Below are positions 1 to 11,951 of a stretch of 64,000 bases of DNA, one piece after another; positions within the stretch are counted from its first letter, which is position 1; every line of letters starts with the position of its first letter. The stretch lies in the NCBI GenBank assembly GCA_963767925.1, contig CAVYGB010000008.1, positions 1,024,001-1,088,000 on the forward strand, given 5' to 3'. The stretch comes from an uncultured delta proteobacterium (GTDB lineage: Bacteria > Myxococcota_A > Polyangia > Fen-1088). The notes under the pieces are model-generated. The model searched no databases. It was not told where the DNA came from and saw only the letters and a program-made list of their open reading frames with translations. Position numbers and translations under genes: made by a program.

Positions 1-2
1 TC

Positions 3-1367
<1,365 letters not shown>

Positions 1368-1420
1368 GCAAGCCCCGACTGGACGAAACGCCGGGTTCCT
1401 GAGGTATAAGGGCGACCCTT

Positions 1421-2290
1421 TTGTCGCCCTACACGCCCCCCGCTACGCAGTCCGACGAGATCGCGGCGCCGCTGACCGATCTCGGGCGGCTCTGCATCCA
1501 CACCGTCACCACCAAACCCTGGGCCCTCGAGCCAGCCTCCGAGGCCTTCGCCGCCGCCGGAGTCAAGGGCATCACCGTGTGGCGGGACGCCCTCGGCGAT
1601 CGGGATCCGGTCGCGGCCGGCGCCCGCCTGCGCGGCCTGGGCCTCGAGATCGTCTCCCTCTGTCGGGGCGGCTTCTTCCCCCACCGGGAGTCGAGCGGCC
1701 GCCAGAAGGCCCTCGACGACAACCGCAAGGCCATCGACGAGGCCGCCGCCCTCGGCGCCCCCATCGTCGTGCTGGTGTGCGGGGCGGTCCCCGGGCAGCC
1801 CCTGGCCACCTCCCGCGACCAGATCCGGGCGGGCATCGAGGCGGTGCTCCCGCACGCCGAGGCCAGCGGTGTCCGCCTGGCCATCGAGCCGCTCCATCCG
1901 ATGTACGCCGATGACCGCTCGGCCATCAGCACGCTCGGTCAGGCCAACGACCTGGCCGAGGCCATCGGCTCCCCCCAGGTCGGGGTGGCGGTCGACGTCT
2001 ACCACCTGTGGTGGGATCCGGCCCTGGAGGCCGAGATCGCCCGCTGTGGCCGCAACGGCCACCTGTTCGCCTTCCACGTTTGCGACTGGAAGACCCCCAC
2101 CGAGGATCTGCTCCTGGATCGCGGCCTGCCCGGCGAGGGCTGCATCGACCTGCGCCGCATCCGGCGCTGGGCCGAGGCAGCCGGGTTTCGCGGATTCAAC
2201 GAGGTGGAGGTCTTTTCCCGGAAGCACTGGGCGAGCGACCAGGGAGAGTTGCTCAAGAAGATCACGCGCTCATATCTGGAGCACGTCTAG
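1421..2290 (+). CDS. Sugar phosphate isomerase/epimerase (xylose isomerase-like TIM barrel)
   Basis: LAIEPLHP, DVYH, FHVCD, GEGCID and EVE metal-binding motifs. Start uncertain. Confidence 0.88.
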   Translation: MSPYTPPATQSDEIAAPLTDLGRLCIHTVTTKPWALEPASEAFAAAGVKGITVWRDALGDRDPVAAGARLRGLGLEIVSLCRGGFFPHRESSGRQKALDDNRKAIDEAAALGAPIVVLVCGAVPGQPLATSRDQIRAGIEAVLPHAEASGVRLAIEPLHPMYADDRSAISTLGQANDLAEAIGSPQVGVAVDVYHLWWDPALEAEIARCGRNGHLFAFHVCDWKTPTEDLLLDRGLPGEGCIDLRRIRRWAEAAGFRGFNEVEVFSRKHWASDQGELLKKITRSYLEHV

Positions 2291-2299
2291 GACGGTGAC

Positions 2300-3445
2300 A
2301 TGAAGACACACAAGATCGGGATCATCATGAACGGCGTGACCGGCCGCATGGGCACGAACCAGCACCTGCTGCGTTCGATCGCGGCCATCATCCGCCAGGG
2401 GGGTGTGGCGGTGGGCTCCGACGAGACCATCCTGCCCGAGCCGATTCTCGTCGGCCGCAACGTGGACAAGCTGCGCAAGCTGTGCGAGGCGGCCGGCGTC
2501 GAGAAGATGACCACCGACCTCGACAGTGTCCTCGGCGACCCCAAGTACCAGATCTACTTCGACGCCCAGACCACCGGGCGGCGCGCCGAGGGCGTGCGCA
2601 AGGCGGTGGCGGCCAAGAAACACGTCTACTGCGAGAAGCCCACGGCGGTCGACACGAAGACCGCCCTCGAGCTTTACCAGCTCGCGACGAAGGCGGGCGT
2701 CAAGAACGGGGTCGTGCAAGACAAGCTCTGGCTGCCCGGTCTGGTGAAGCTGCGCCGGCTCAAGGAGAAGGGCTTCTTCGGGAAGATCCTCTCGGTCCAG
2801 GGCTCCTTCGGCTACTGGGTGTTCGAGGGCGACACCGTGCCGGCCCAGCGCCCCTCCTGGAACTACCGCAAAGAGGACGACGGCGGGATCATCGTGGACA
2901 TGCTCTGCCACTGGCGCTACGTGCTCGACAACCTGTTCGGCAGCGTCAAGGCGGTGAGCTGCCTGGGGGCCACCCACATCCCCGAGCGGGTCGACGAGCA
3001 GGGCAAGCGCTACAGGTGCACGGCCGACGACGCGGCCTACGCCACCTTCGAGCTCGAGGGCGGCGTCATCGCCCAGTTCAACTCCTCCTGGACCACCCGG
3101 GTGCGGCGCGACGACCTGCTGACCTTGCAGGTCGATGGCAGCCTCGGCTCGGCGGTGGCGGGGCTGCGCGAGTGCTGGGTCCAGCCTTACGGGGCCACCC
3201 CGCGCCCGGTCTGGAACCCCGACGTGCCCCAGCCGATCGACTTCATGAACGGCTGGGCCAAGCTGCCCGACCAGGAGACCTACGACAACGCCTTCAAGGT
3301 GCAGTGGGAGATGTTCCTGCGCCACGTGGTCAAGGACGAGCCCTTCCGCTTCAGCCTCAAGGAAGGGGCCAGGGGCGTTCAGCTCGCCGAGCTGGGGCTC
3401 GAGAGCTGGTCCAAGCGAGCCTGGGTCTCGGTCCCCGAGCTCTGA
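2300..3445 (+). CDS. Gfo/Idh/MocA family NAD(P)-dependent oxidoreductase
   Basis: N-terminal Rossmann GVTGRMG, HVYCEKP and GGIIVDMLCH motifs; 9 bp after the epimerase. Confidence 0.92.
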   Translation: MKTHKIGIIMNGVTGRMGTNQHLLRSIAAIIRQGGVAVGSDETILPEPILVGRNVDKLRKLCEAAGVEKMTTDLDSVLGDPKYQIYFDAQTTGRRAEGVRKAVAAKKHVYCEKPTAVDTKTALELYQLATKAGVKNGVVQDKLWLPGLVKLRRLKEKGFFGKILSVQGSFGYWVFEGDTVPAQRPSWNYRKEDDGGIIVDMLCHWRYVLDNLFGSVKAVSCLGATHIPERVDEQGKRYRCTADDAAYATFELEGGVIAQFNSSWTTRVRRDDLLTLQVDGSLGSAVAGLRECWVQPYGATPRPVWNPDVPQPIDFMNGWAKLPDQETYDNAFKVQWEMFLRHVVKDEPFRFSLKEGARGVQLAELGLESWSKRAWVSVPEL

Positions 3446-4038
3446 TCCTGGGTCCGACTCTCCATCCAGCTCCGGGCGCGGTTGAAGCGCCGGCGCACGG
3501 TGGAGATCGACAGCTCGGTCAGGCGGGCGATCTCCGGCAGATCGCAGCCGTGTAACACGCGCAGGAGGTAGATCTCCCCGTCCTGGCCCAGCTCCTCGAG
3601 CAGGCGGCCCATGGCGGCGGCGCTGGCTCCCCGTTCCGGGCCGGCACCGTCGTCGGTCTGCCGCTGCCGGAAGTGCGTCTCCACCAGGCCGCGTAGCGAG
3701 CGCTGCACATGACGCCGGCGGATCTCCTCGCGGGCCCGCCGGAAGGCGATGCCGACAACGAAGAAGCGCAGCGACTCCGGGCTGCGCAGGCTCGTGATGC
3801 GGTGGAAGAAGCGGGCGAACACGTCCTGGGTCAGGTCGGCGATGTCGTCGCTGGCGCCCAGCATCCGGCGGAGCGTCCCCTGGACCATGGGCCGGAAGCG
3901 CAGCCAGGCGGCGGCGGCGGCGGCGCTCTCACCGTTCATCAGGGCGCGGGCCAGGGCGGCGTCGTCGGCGAAGGCCGCCTTGCTGTCTCCGGAGGTCCGT
4001 CCCGCCGCCCCGTTTCCGTCAGCCGAGGAGTAATACAC
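3379..4038 (-). CDS. ECF sigma-70 factor
   Basis: Region 2 (DIADLTQDVF...SLRFFVVGIA) and region 4 HTH (LPEIARLTELSISTVRRRFNRAR). GTG at 4038 chosen because TATCAT lies 7 nt upstream; start uncertain. Confidence 0.85.
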   Translation of the reverse strand: MYYSSADGNGAAGRTSGDSKAAFADDAALARALMNGESAAAAAAWLRFRPMVQGTLRRMLGASDDIADLTQDVFARFFHRITSLRSPESLRFFVVGIAFRRAREEIRRRHVQRSLRGLVETHFRQRQTDDGAGPERGASAAAMGRLLEELGQDGEIYLLRVLHGCDLPEIARLTELSISTVRRRFNRARSWMESRTQDQSSGTETQARLDQLSSPSSAS

Positions 4039-4045
4039 AACACGT

Positions 4046-4066
4046 ATGATAGGACGAAATGTCCTA
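4046..4066 (-). promoter_or_regulatory. Putative -10 box (TATCAT) of the ECF gene, overlapped by palindrome TAGGAC-N5-GTCCTA
   Basis: Perfect 6-bp inverted repeat at 4050-4066 in an AT-rich intergenic stretch. Confidence 0.45.
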
Positions 4067-4184
4067 CACGCCACTTCGGCTGACGATGAAAACGTATTCT
4101 ACATGACAGATGCCCACCCGCCGTCGGGAGCCCCGTGCCGGGTCGCGGCCCCTTTTAGACCAGGGCGCAAAGCGTCGCGACCGG

Positions 4185-6188
4185 TCACGGCGCGGCGGCG
4201 GCCGCCGCCGCAGGTGCGGCGACCGCTGGCGTGGGCGCCGCGGTGGGCGCTGGCGCCGTCTCCTCCCCGCCGCCGCTCATCTTCTCGCGCGCGCGACGCT
4301 GCCGGGCCCGGATCGACCCGTCGCCAGGGGCCAGCGCCATGGCGCCCGCATATGACTCGAGGGCGTCCTTGAACTTCCGCAGCTTGAAGTAGGCGTCGCC
4401 GATGAGCGCTCGGGTGCTGGCATCTTTGGGGGCCAGGGAGGCGGCCTTGCGCGCGTGGCCCAGCGCCCTGCTGTACCGGGCCAGCTCGAACTCGGCCTCG
4501 GCCAGGGCCTTGAGCGCCTCGTGGCTGGACGGCGCGGCGAGCACGGCGACCTCCAGCTCCTGCACCGCGAGGATGTATTCGCCGGTGCGCAGGGCCTGCA
4601 CCCCCCGGCTCAGGGCGCGGCGGCCCCGGCCGGGATCGACCGTGCTCGAGGCCCGGGAGCCAGAGTCCTCCCGGCGGGCGCGCGCCGGTGCCGTTGCCGG
4701 TGCACGCGCGGGAGTCGGCGCAGGTGGGGGCGCCGCCTCGACGACCTCCGGCTCGGGCGCTGGCTCGGTCAGCGGCGGCGCTGCCGGCTCCTGGCGGGGC
4801 CGCAGGGGGGGCGTGGTGGCCGGCTCGATCTCGATGCCGGCCTGGGAGGTTGCCGCCTCGATCAGCTCCGGGATCGCCGGGCCGGAGGGGGCATCCGGCG
4901 AGCCGGGGTTGACCGCCGCCAAGGTGGCGACCGGAGCCTTGTTCCAGAGCATCCCGGGGCGGGCCCCCGGCACGGCGAGCGTCACCGCCGCCAGGGCCCC
5001 CACGGTCATCAGCCCGGCCGCCGAGACCTGCAGCAAGCGCCGGCGCCGATGTCGCCCGGCGAGCTCGGCCAGGCGGTGCACCGAGCTCACCGTGGCGTAG
5101 TCGTTCACGGTGTCGTCCTCGTCGACCATCGGAGCGGCCGCGGGGGGCACCGACTCGCTCGGGGGGGCGCTGCCGCGGGTCGCGGCGGCCGGCGGCCGCA
5201 GAGCCGACGCCTCGCCGATCAGGGGAAGCTCCCGGGCCGAGTCCTCGCCGGCGAACAGCTCCTCGAGCAGCCGGACCACCGACTCGGGCGAGAAGCGACA
5301 CTCACGCAGGTAGTCTTCCAGCTCGAGCGCCATCGACGCCGCGTCGGGGTAGCGCCCGTCGAGGCTGCGGCTGAGGGCGCGCGCGGTGATGGTGTCGAGC
5401 GCGGGCGGCACGCCCCGGCAGATCTCCGAGGGCCTCGGGATCACCCGATGCAGCACGTTGCGCATCGTCTCGAGGTCGTTGGGGTCGTAAAATAGCCGCA
5501 GCCCCGTCAGACACTCCCAGAGCACGACCCCCAGCGAGAAGACGTCGGAGCGGGCGTCGACGCCCTGTCCCCGCACCTGCTCGGGCGACAGGTAGGAGAG
5601 CTTGCCCTTGACCAGCCCGCCGATGGGCGTCACCGAGCGCAGCTTCATCGTCGCCCGGGCGATCCCGAAGTCGAGCAGCTTCACGCCGCCGGTTCGCAGC
5701 AGCATGATGTTCGAGGGGCTGACGTCGCGGTGGACGATACCGAGGGGCTTGCCCTGATTGGTGAGAGAGTGGGCGTGGTGGAGCCCCCGCGCCACCTCCC
5801 GCGCCACGTAGCCCGCGAGGTCGGCGGGCATCTCGGCGCCCTGGCTGCGCAGGCGGCGTCCCAGCGCCAGCAGGTTGCGCCCACGCAGGTACTCCATGGC
5901 CAGGAAGTAGTCCCCCTCGACCTGACCGAAGTCATAGACCTGGACGATGTTCGGGTGCTCGAGCAGCGCCGAGATGCGCGCTTCGTTGATGAACATCTCG
6001 ACGAACTCTCGCGAGGTCGCCTTCTCCTGGCGGATGCGCTTGATGACGAACTGTCGCTGGAACCCGCCCGGGCCCTGAGTCACCGCCCGGTAAACCTCCG
6101 CCATGCCGCCGCGATCGATCGCCTCGAGCAGGATGTACCGCCCGAACCGCCGACCGGCGGGCTCAGAGGACGAGCCATTGCCGTTCAC
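4185..6188 (-). CDS. Ser/Thr protein kinase with TM, Pro-rich linker and C-terminal TPR repeats
   Basis: GGMAEVY, VIKRI, HRDVSPSN, DFG, GKLSYLSPE; TPR-like ALIGDAYFKLRKFKDALESY...ALAPGD. Confidence 0.93.
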   Translation of the reverse strand: MNGNGSSSEPAGRRFGRYILLEAIDRGGMAEVYRAVTQGPGGFQRQFVIKRIRQEKATSREFVEMFINEARISALLEHPNIVQVYDFGQVEGDYFLAMEYLRGRNLLALGRRLRSQGAEMPADLAGYVAREVARGLHHAHSLTNQGKPLGIVHRDVSPSNIMLLRTGGVKLLDFGIARATMKLRSVTPIGGLVKGKLSYLSPEQVRGQGVDARSDVFSLGVVLWECLTGLRLFYDPNDLETMRNVLHRVIPRPSEICRGVPPALDTITARALSRSLDGRYPDAASMALELEDYLRECRFSPESVVRLLEELFAGEDSARELPLIGEASALRPPAAATRGSAPPSESVPPAAAPMVDEDDTVNDYATVSSVHRLAELAGRHRRRRLLQVSAAGLMTVGALAAVTLAVPGARPGMLWNKAPVATLAAVNPGSPDAPSGPAIPELIEAATSQAGIEIEPATTPPLRPRQEPAAPPLTEPAPEPEVVEAAPPPAPTPARAPATAPARARREDSGSRASSTVDPGRGRRALSRGVQALRTGEYILAVQELEVAVLAAPSSHEALKALAEAEFELARYSRALGHARKAASLAPKDASTRALIGDAYFKLRKFKDALESYAGAMALAPGDGSIRARQRRAREKMSGGGEETAPAPTAAPTPAVAAPAAAAAAAP

Positions 6189-6225
6189 GGCCCTACTATC
6201 GGCAGTAACCGTTACATCTTTTATT

Positions 6226-6261
6226 AAGAAAACAATCGACGTCCGGCCACACCCGGACGTC
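6226..6261 (-). terminator. Probable intrinsic terminator downstream of the 6333-6986 gene
   Basis: Perfect 9-bp stem GACGTCCGG-N6-CCGGACGTC (6238-6261), followed on the minus strand by GATTGTTTTCTT. Confidence 0.55.
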
Positions 6262-6332
6262 CGTACGCAGAATTCCCGCGAAAACCGAGCACCGGCGCGA
6301 CGTTGCCAGGTCGCGGCAGAGGCCCCGACGCT

Positions 6333-6986
6333 TCAGGACCCGACGGTGAACGTCACGGGCTGGGTCGATCGGAAGGGCCCGCTGGTGACCCGACCGCCCG
6401 TCAGGCCCGCGCGGATCAGGGTCAACGTGAGGGTCTGACCGGCCCGTCCTTCCAGGGCTTTTCGCCAGGCCTCGGCCCGCGGGGTGAAAGACGTGACCGA
6501 CGCAACCGCCGTGTAGACCGAGCCGGGATCGCCCACTCGACTGAGACGGAACAGGAAATTGTCGCCGGTCACCCCCGGGCAGTGGGCGTATGCCGTGCCG
6601 ATGGGGGCGAGCCAGGTCAGCACCCGGCGCCACAGAGGGCGGTGGGGTGGGGCCGTGGGGAGCACCGGGCCAGGGGCCGGCCCGAGGCGGGCCATGGGCG
6701 CGTTGAGCACGAAGGTGGGAGGGGTCGCCGCAGAGAGGGTCGTCCCCGAGGCGGGTGTCATGAGGGTGGCGGCCTCCGCGTCCTTGGCCTCGACCTCGCC
6801 GGCCGTCTCCTTGTCGAGGATGGCGCGGTAGCTCTCGTCGGTGGCGTAGACGGTCACCCCTCCGGGGGCGTCGTCGCAGGAGAAGAAGTAGTCGCTGGCG
6901 TCGTCGCCGCCGCTGCCGTGATCGTCGCAGGAGGAAACCAGCAGGGCGCCCGCGAGCAGCCAGAGCACCGGTTGGCGGGTTGTCAT
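6333..6986 (-). CDS. Hypothetical lipoprotein
   Basis: Signal peptide with lipobox-like LVSSC; GC3-biased frame. Confidence 0.7.
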   Translation of the reverse strand: MTTRQPVLWLLAGALLVSSCDDHGSGGDDASDYFFSCDDAPGGVTVYATDESYRAILDKETAGEVEAKDAEAATLMTPASGTTLSAATPPTFVLNAPMARLGPAPGPVLPTAPPHRPLWRRVLTWLAPIGTAYAHCPGVTGDNFLFRLSRVGDPGSVYTAVASVTSFTPRAEAWRKALEGRAGQTLTLTLIRAGLTGGRVTSGPFRSTQPVTFTVGS

Positions 6987-7067
6987 GTCCGGAAATCTGC
7001 CCCAGGAGACCCCTGGCGTCCAGGCTCGCGCCGCCGTGTTACCTTGCCGGCCGGAGGAGAAACCTGG

Positions 7068-7685
7068 ATGAGCGCATACCGATTGGCGCTGACCTGCACC
7101 CTGGCCCTCGTCGCGGCCGGCGCCGCCTGCAAACGCGACAAGGCCGCGAGCGCGCCCGCCGAGGCGGTCTCGAGCCAGGGTGCCCCCGCGTCGCCGGCCA
7201 CCCCGCCGCCGAGCGCGCCCACCCCCGCCGACGACGAGACCGTGCCCGCCGCGCCCTCCTCGAAGGAGACGGTCAGCGGCACCATCACGGTGCCCGCTTC
7301 TCGCCGCGAGGGGCTGGCCAGGACGGACATCGTGTTCATCATCGCCCGCCGGGCCGGCGCCCCGCCGGGACCGGGGTCAATGATCGCGGTGCAGAAGCAC
7401 CCGCTCGGCGAGTTTCCCATGCCCTTCACCCTCAGCGGCCGCGACTCCATGTTGCCGGGTCGGCCGTTCGACGGCCGGATCGACCTCACCGTTCGCATCG
7501 ACAAGGACGGCGACGGCCTCACCCGCAAGAAGGGGGACCTGCACGGGCAGGCCAACGACATCGCGGTCGGCACCCAGGACCTCGCGATCTCGGTGGACAC
7601 GCTGCAGACCGAGGACCAGGTCCTGCCGGGCCTGCCTCCGGGAGAGGCGCGCCGGACCCGGCGGCCATCCCTGGCCCATCCCTGA
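7068..7685 (+). CDS. Lipoprotein with a CcmI/CycH C-terminal Ig-like domain
   Basis: GGAG upstream of ATG 7068; lipobox GAAC; pattern VSGTITV...VFIIARR...AVQK...FPMPFTLS..DSM...VRIDKDGD....GDL.G. Confidence 0.7.
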   Translation: MSAYRLALTCTLALVAAGAACKRDKAASAPAEAVSSQGAPASPATPPPSAPTPADDETVPAAPSSKETVSGTITVPASRREGLARTDIVFIIARRAGAPPGPGSMIAVQKHPLGEFPMPFTLSGRDSMLPGRPFDGRIDLTVRIDKDGDGLTRKKGDLHGQANDIAVGTQDLAISVDTLQTEDQVLPGLPPGEARRTRRPSLAHP

Positions 7686-7778
7686 GCGGCACCCCGGCGC
7701 CGGGCGCCGCGCGCAAAAGCACCCCCGCCTCCGCGCACCCGTTGTAGAGTCCCCGCCTCTCAGGGAGAACTGCGACGC

Positions 7779-8021
7779 ATGCCCGACTACAAGAAGATCC
7801 GCGACATGGTGAGCCACCGGGTGACCCTCGAATACGATACCGGCGCGAAGATCGTCGGCTACCTGGCCTCCGTGGCCCCCACCCAGGGCCCGGTCCAGTA
7901 TGCGGTGCTGTCCAAGGTGCAGATCCTCGACGCCTCCAACAACGTTGTGGCGCGATACGAGGAGCTGCCGGTGGTCCCCAACAACCTGATCGGCGTGAAG
8001 GTGACCGAAGGCCCGCTCTGA
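7779..8021 (+). CDS. 80-aa hypothetical protein, possible Sm/LSm-like fold
   Basis: GGGAG upstream; strong codon bias; helix plus five-strand pattern resembling Sm1/Sm2 motifs. Confidence 0.7.
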   Translation: MPDYKKIRDMVSHRVTLEYDTGAKIVGYLASVAPTQGPVQYAVLSKVQILDASNNVVARYEELPVVPNNLIGVKVTEGPL

Positions 8022-8064
8022 CCCCCGGCGGCCTGCCAGGCTTCCTTCGGCCTCGATCTCGGAG

Positions 8065-9582
8065 GTGGGAGTGATGGTGAACTGGATTGGGACGGCGCTG
8101 ACCCCGGCGGGGCTGTCGCTCCTCCTGGCGGCTTGCGCAACGTCAGGCGCCGGCACGGCCGTCGAGCCCCGGGACCTCGACCCGGCCGGCGGTCCCCCGC
8201 GCATCGGCGCGGTCGAGGACCTCGGGGGCATCGACATTCCGGCCATCGGGCAGGTCCGGCCCCACGCCAGCGATGGTGTCGCCGTCATCGGCGAGACCCT
8301 CTGCATTCGTGGCCGGCACTTCGGCCGGCAGCCGACCGTCTCGGTGGGCGGGCAGGTGGCCGCCGTCGTCTCCCGCACCGGAGACGGCGGGATCCTCGTG
8401 CGGGTGCCGGTGGGCACGCCGGTGGGGCGGCAAGCGGTGGCGGTGACCCAGGAGTACGGCACGTTCGAGCACCCGATCGAGGTGCGCCGGCTGGGCGCCC
8501 TGCATGCCGCGGAGCGGGTGGTCTGGTTCGAGCTGGGCGCGGACGGTCCCCGCGCCCGGGGGGCGAGCCCCATCGCCGGGGTCCGCCACCTGCAGCTCTC
8601 GGCCGACGGCCGCGCGGCCTACCTGATCGACGGGCAGGGGACCCTCACCTCGTACGAGCTGGCGGCGGCGGGCGCGCCCGCCTCGGCCGGCAAGCTGGCG
8701 CTGGGGCCGGCTCCGCTCCGGGCGCTGCTGGCGGCGAACGCTGCCCACCGGCTGCTGGTGCTGCGGGAGCGGGATCTGGTGGTGCTCGATACCTCCGCCT
8801 CGCTGCGGCCGGCGATCCGGGAGACGCGACCGCTGCCCGCCTGGCTGCGCGGCAGCCGCAAGCTGCGGACCGCGATCTCTCCCGACGGGCGGTTGCTGGC
8901 GGTGGGTTTCCCGGAGCGCAACCGGGTGGCCGTGATCGGGGTAGATCGGCTGAACGCCGAGGTGGCGGCGCCGCACGATCTGGTGCTCGTCTCCGAGGTG
9001 CGGGCGCCCATGCTCGTCGATCTCGCCTTCGCCCCCGACGGGGCGACCCTGTGGGCTCTCACCGGCAGCAACGAGGACAACCGGGGGCTGGGACCCTTGC
9101 CGACCACCTTGCACGCCTTGCGCCTGGACGCGGCGGGCGGAGCCGACACCAGGCTCGAGCGCACGCGCGCGGTGGTCCTCGCGTCTGCGACCTTCCCGGT
9201 CGCGCTCTCGGTAGGGCGGGGCCTGGCGCTGGCCAGCGGCGCCGCCATCCGCCTGCCCCCGGAGCGGGCGACGGTCTATGTCTCGGCGCGCACGCGCGAG
9301 GGGGAGCGGGCGGCCCTCTTCGCGGTGGGGGCCGAGGACACCGCCACGCCGCTGCACACCGAGGCGCGGGCCGCCGCCCCCGGCCGCCCCGACGTCACGC
9401 CCGACGGCCGCTGGTTGCTGGGGCCGCTGGTCGAGGGGGCAGGAGAGATCCGCCTGGCCTCGGCCCGGGCCGACGGCCGCCCCGGCGCGTCCTCTTCGGT
9501 GGTGGTGGCCAACCTGGCCCCGCTGCCAGCCGCCGCCCCGGACGCCCCTGCAGCGCTGGCGGAGGTGAGGCTGCAGCCGTGA
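8065..9582 (+). CDS. Lipoprotein with IPT/TIG-like domain and probable beta-propeller
   Basis: Lipobox LAAC; GETLCIRGRHFG..PTVSVGG; repeated S/APDG blade motifs. Confidence 0.7.
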   Translation: MGVMVNWIGTALTPAGLSLLLAACATSGAGTAVEPRDLDPAGGPPRIGAVEDLGGIDIPAIGQVRPHASDGVAVIGETLCIRGRHFGRQPTVSVGGQVAAVVSRTGDGGILVRVPVGTPVGRQAVAVTQEYGTFEHPIEVRRLGALHAAERVVWFELGADGPRARGASPIAGVRHLQLSADGRAAYLIDGQGTLTSYELAAAGAPASAGKLALGPAPLRALLAANAAHRLLVLRERDLVVLDTSASLRPAIRETRPLPAWLRGSRKLRTAISPDGRLLAVGFPERNRVAVIGVDRLNAEVAAPHDLVLVSEVRAPMLVDLAFAPDGATLWALTGSNEDNRGLGPLPTTLHALRLDAAGGADTRLERTRAVVLASATFPVALSVGRGLALASGAAIRLPPERATVYVSARTREGERAALFAVGAEDTATPLHTEARAAAPGRPDVTPDGRWLLGPLVEGAGEIRLASARADGRPGASSSVVVANLAPLPAAAPDAPAALAEVRLQP

Positions 9583-9875
9583 CCACGACGGGGTCCCCCG
9601 GACGGCTGCGGGCGGTGGTGCGAGGCCGCGTCCAGGGCGTCGGGTTCCGGGCGAGCGTGGCTCATGAAGGCCTGCGCCTCGACCTGGCCGGCTGGGTGCG
9701 CAACCTGTCGGACGGCGCGGTCGAGCTGGAGGCGGAGGGGGAGCCGCCTGCGCTGCAGCGCCTGCTGGCCTATCTCAAGCAAGGTCCGCGCACCGCTCGG
9801 GTCGACAGCGTCACCTCCGAGTGGCTGGCTCCAGTGGGGCTGACACGGCCATTTTCGGTCGGGCGAACCACCTGA
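9579..9875 (+). CDS. acyP: Acylphosphatase
   Basis: GRVQGVGFR and GWVRN..DG.VE motifs; GTGA overlap with the upstream stop. Confidence 0.92.
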   Translation: MTTTGSPGRLRAVVRGRVQGVGFRASVAHEGLRLDLAGWVRNLSDGAVELEAEGEPPALQRLLAYLKQGPRTARVDSVTSEWLAPVGLTRPFSVGRTT

Positions 9876-9946
9876 TCGAGCCAGCCCCGTGCGGGCTGTA
9901 CATTTCTTGTTACCCTGCACTTCGACCTTCCGACGAGGGCCACACC

Positions 9947-11932
<1,986 letters not shown>

Positions 11933-11951
11933 GCGGGGGGCTCCGCCGCCA

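Noticed and set aside
4050..4092. Hammerhead-like words (GGACGAAA, CTGACGA)
   Set aside because: The required stem II pairing after CTGACGA is absent.
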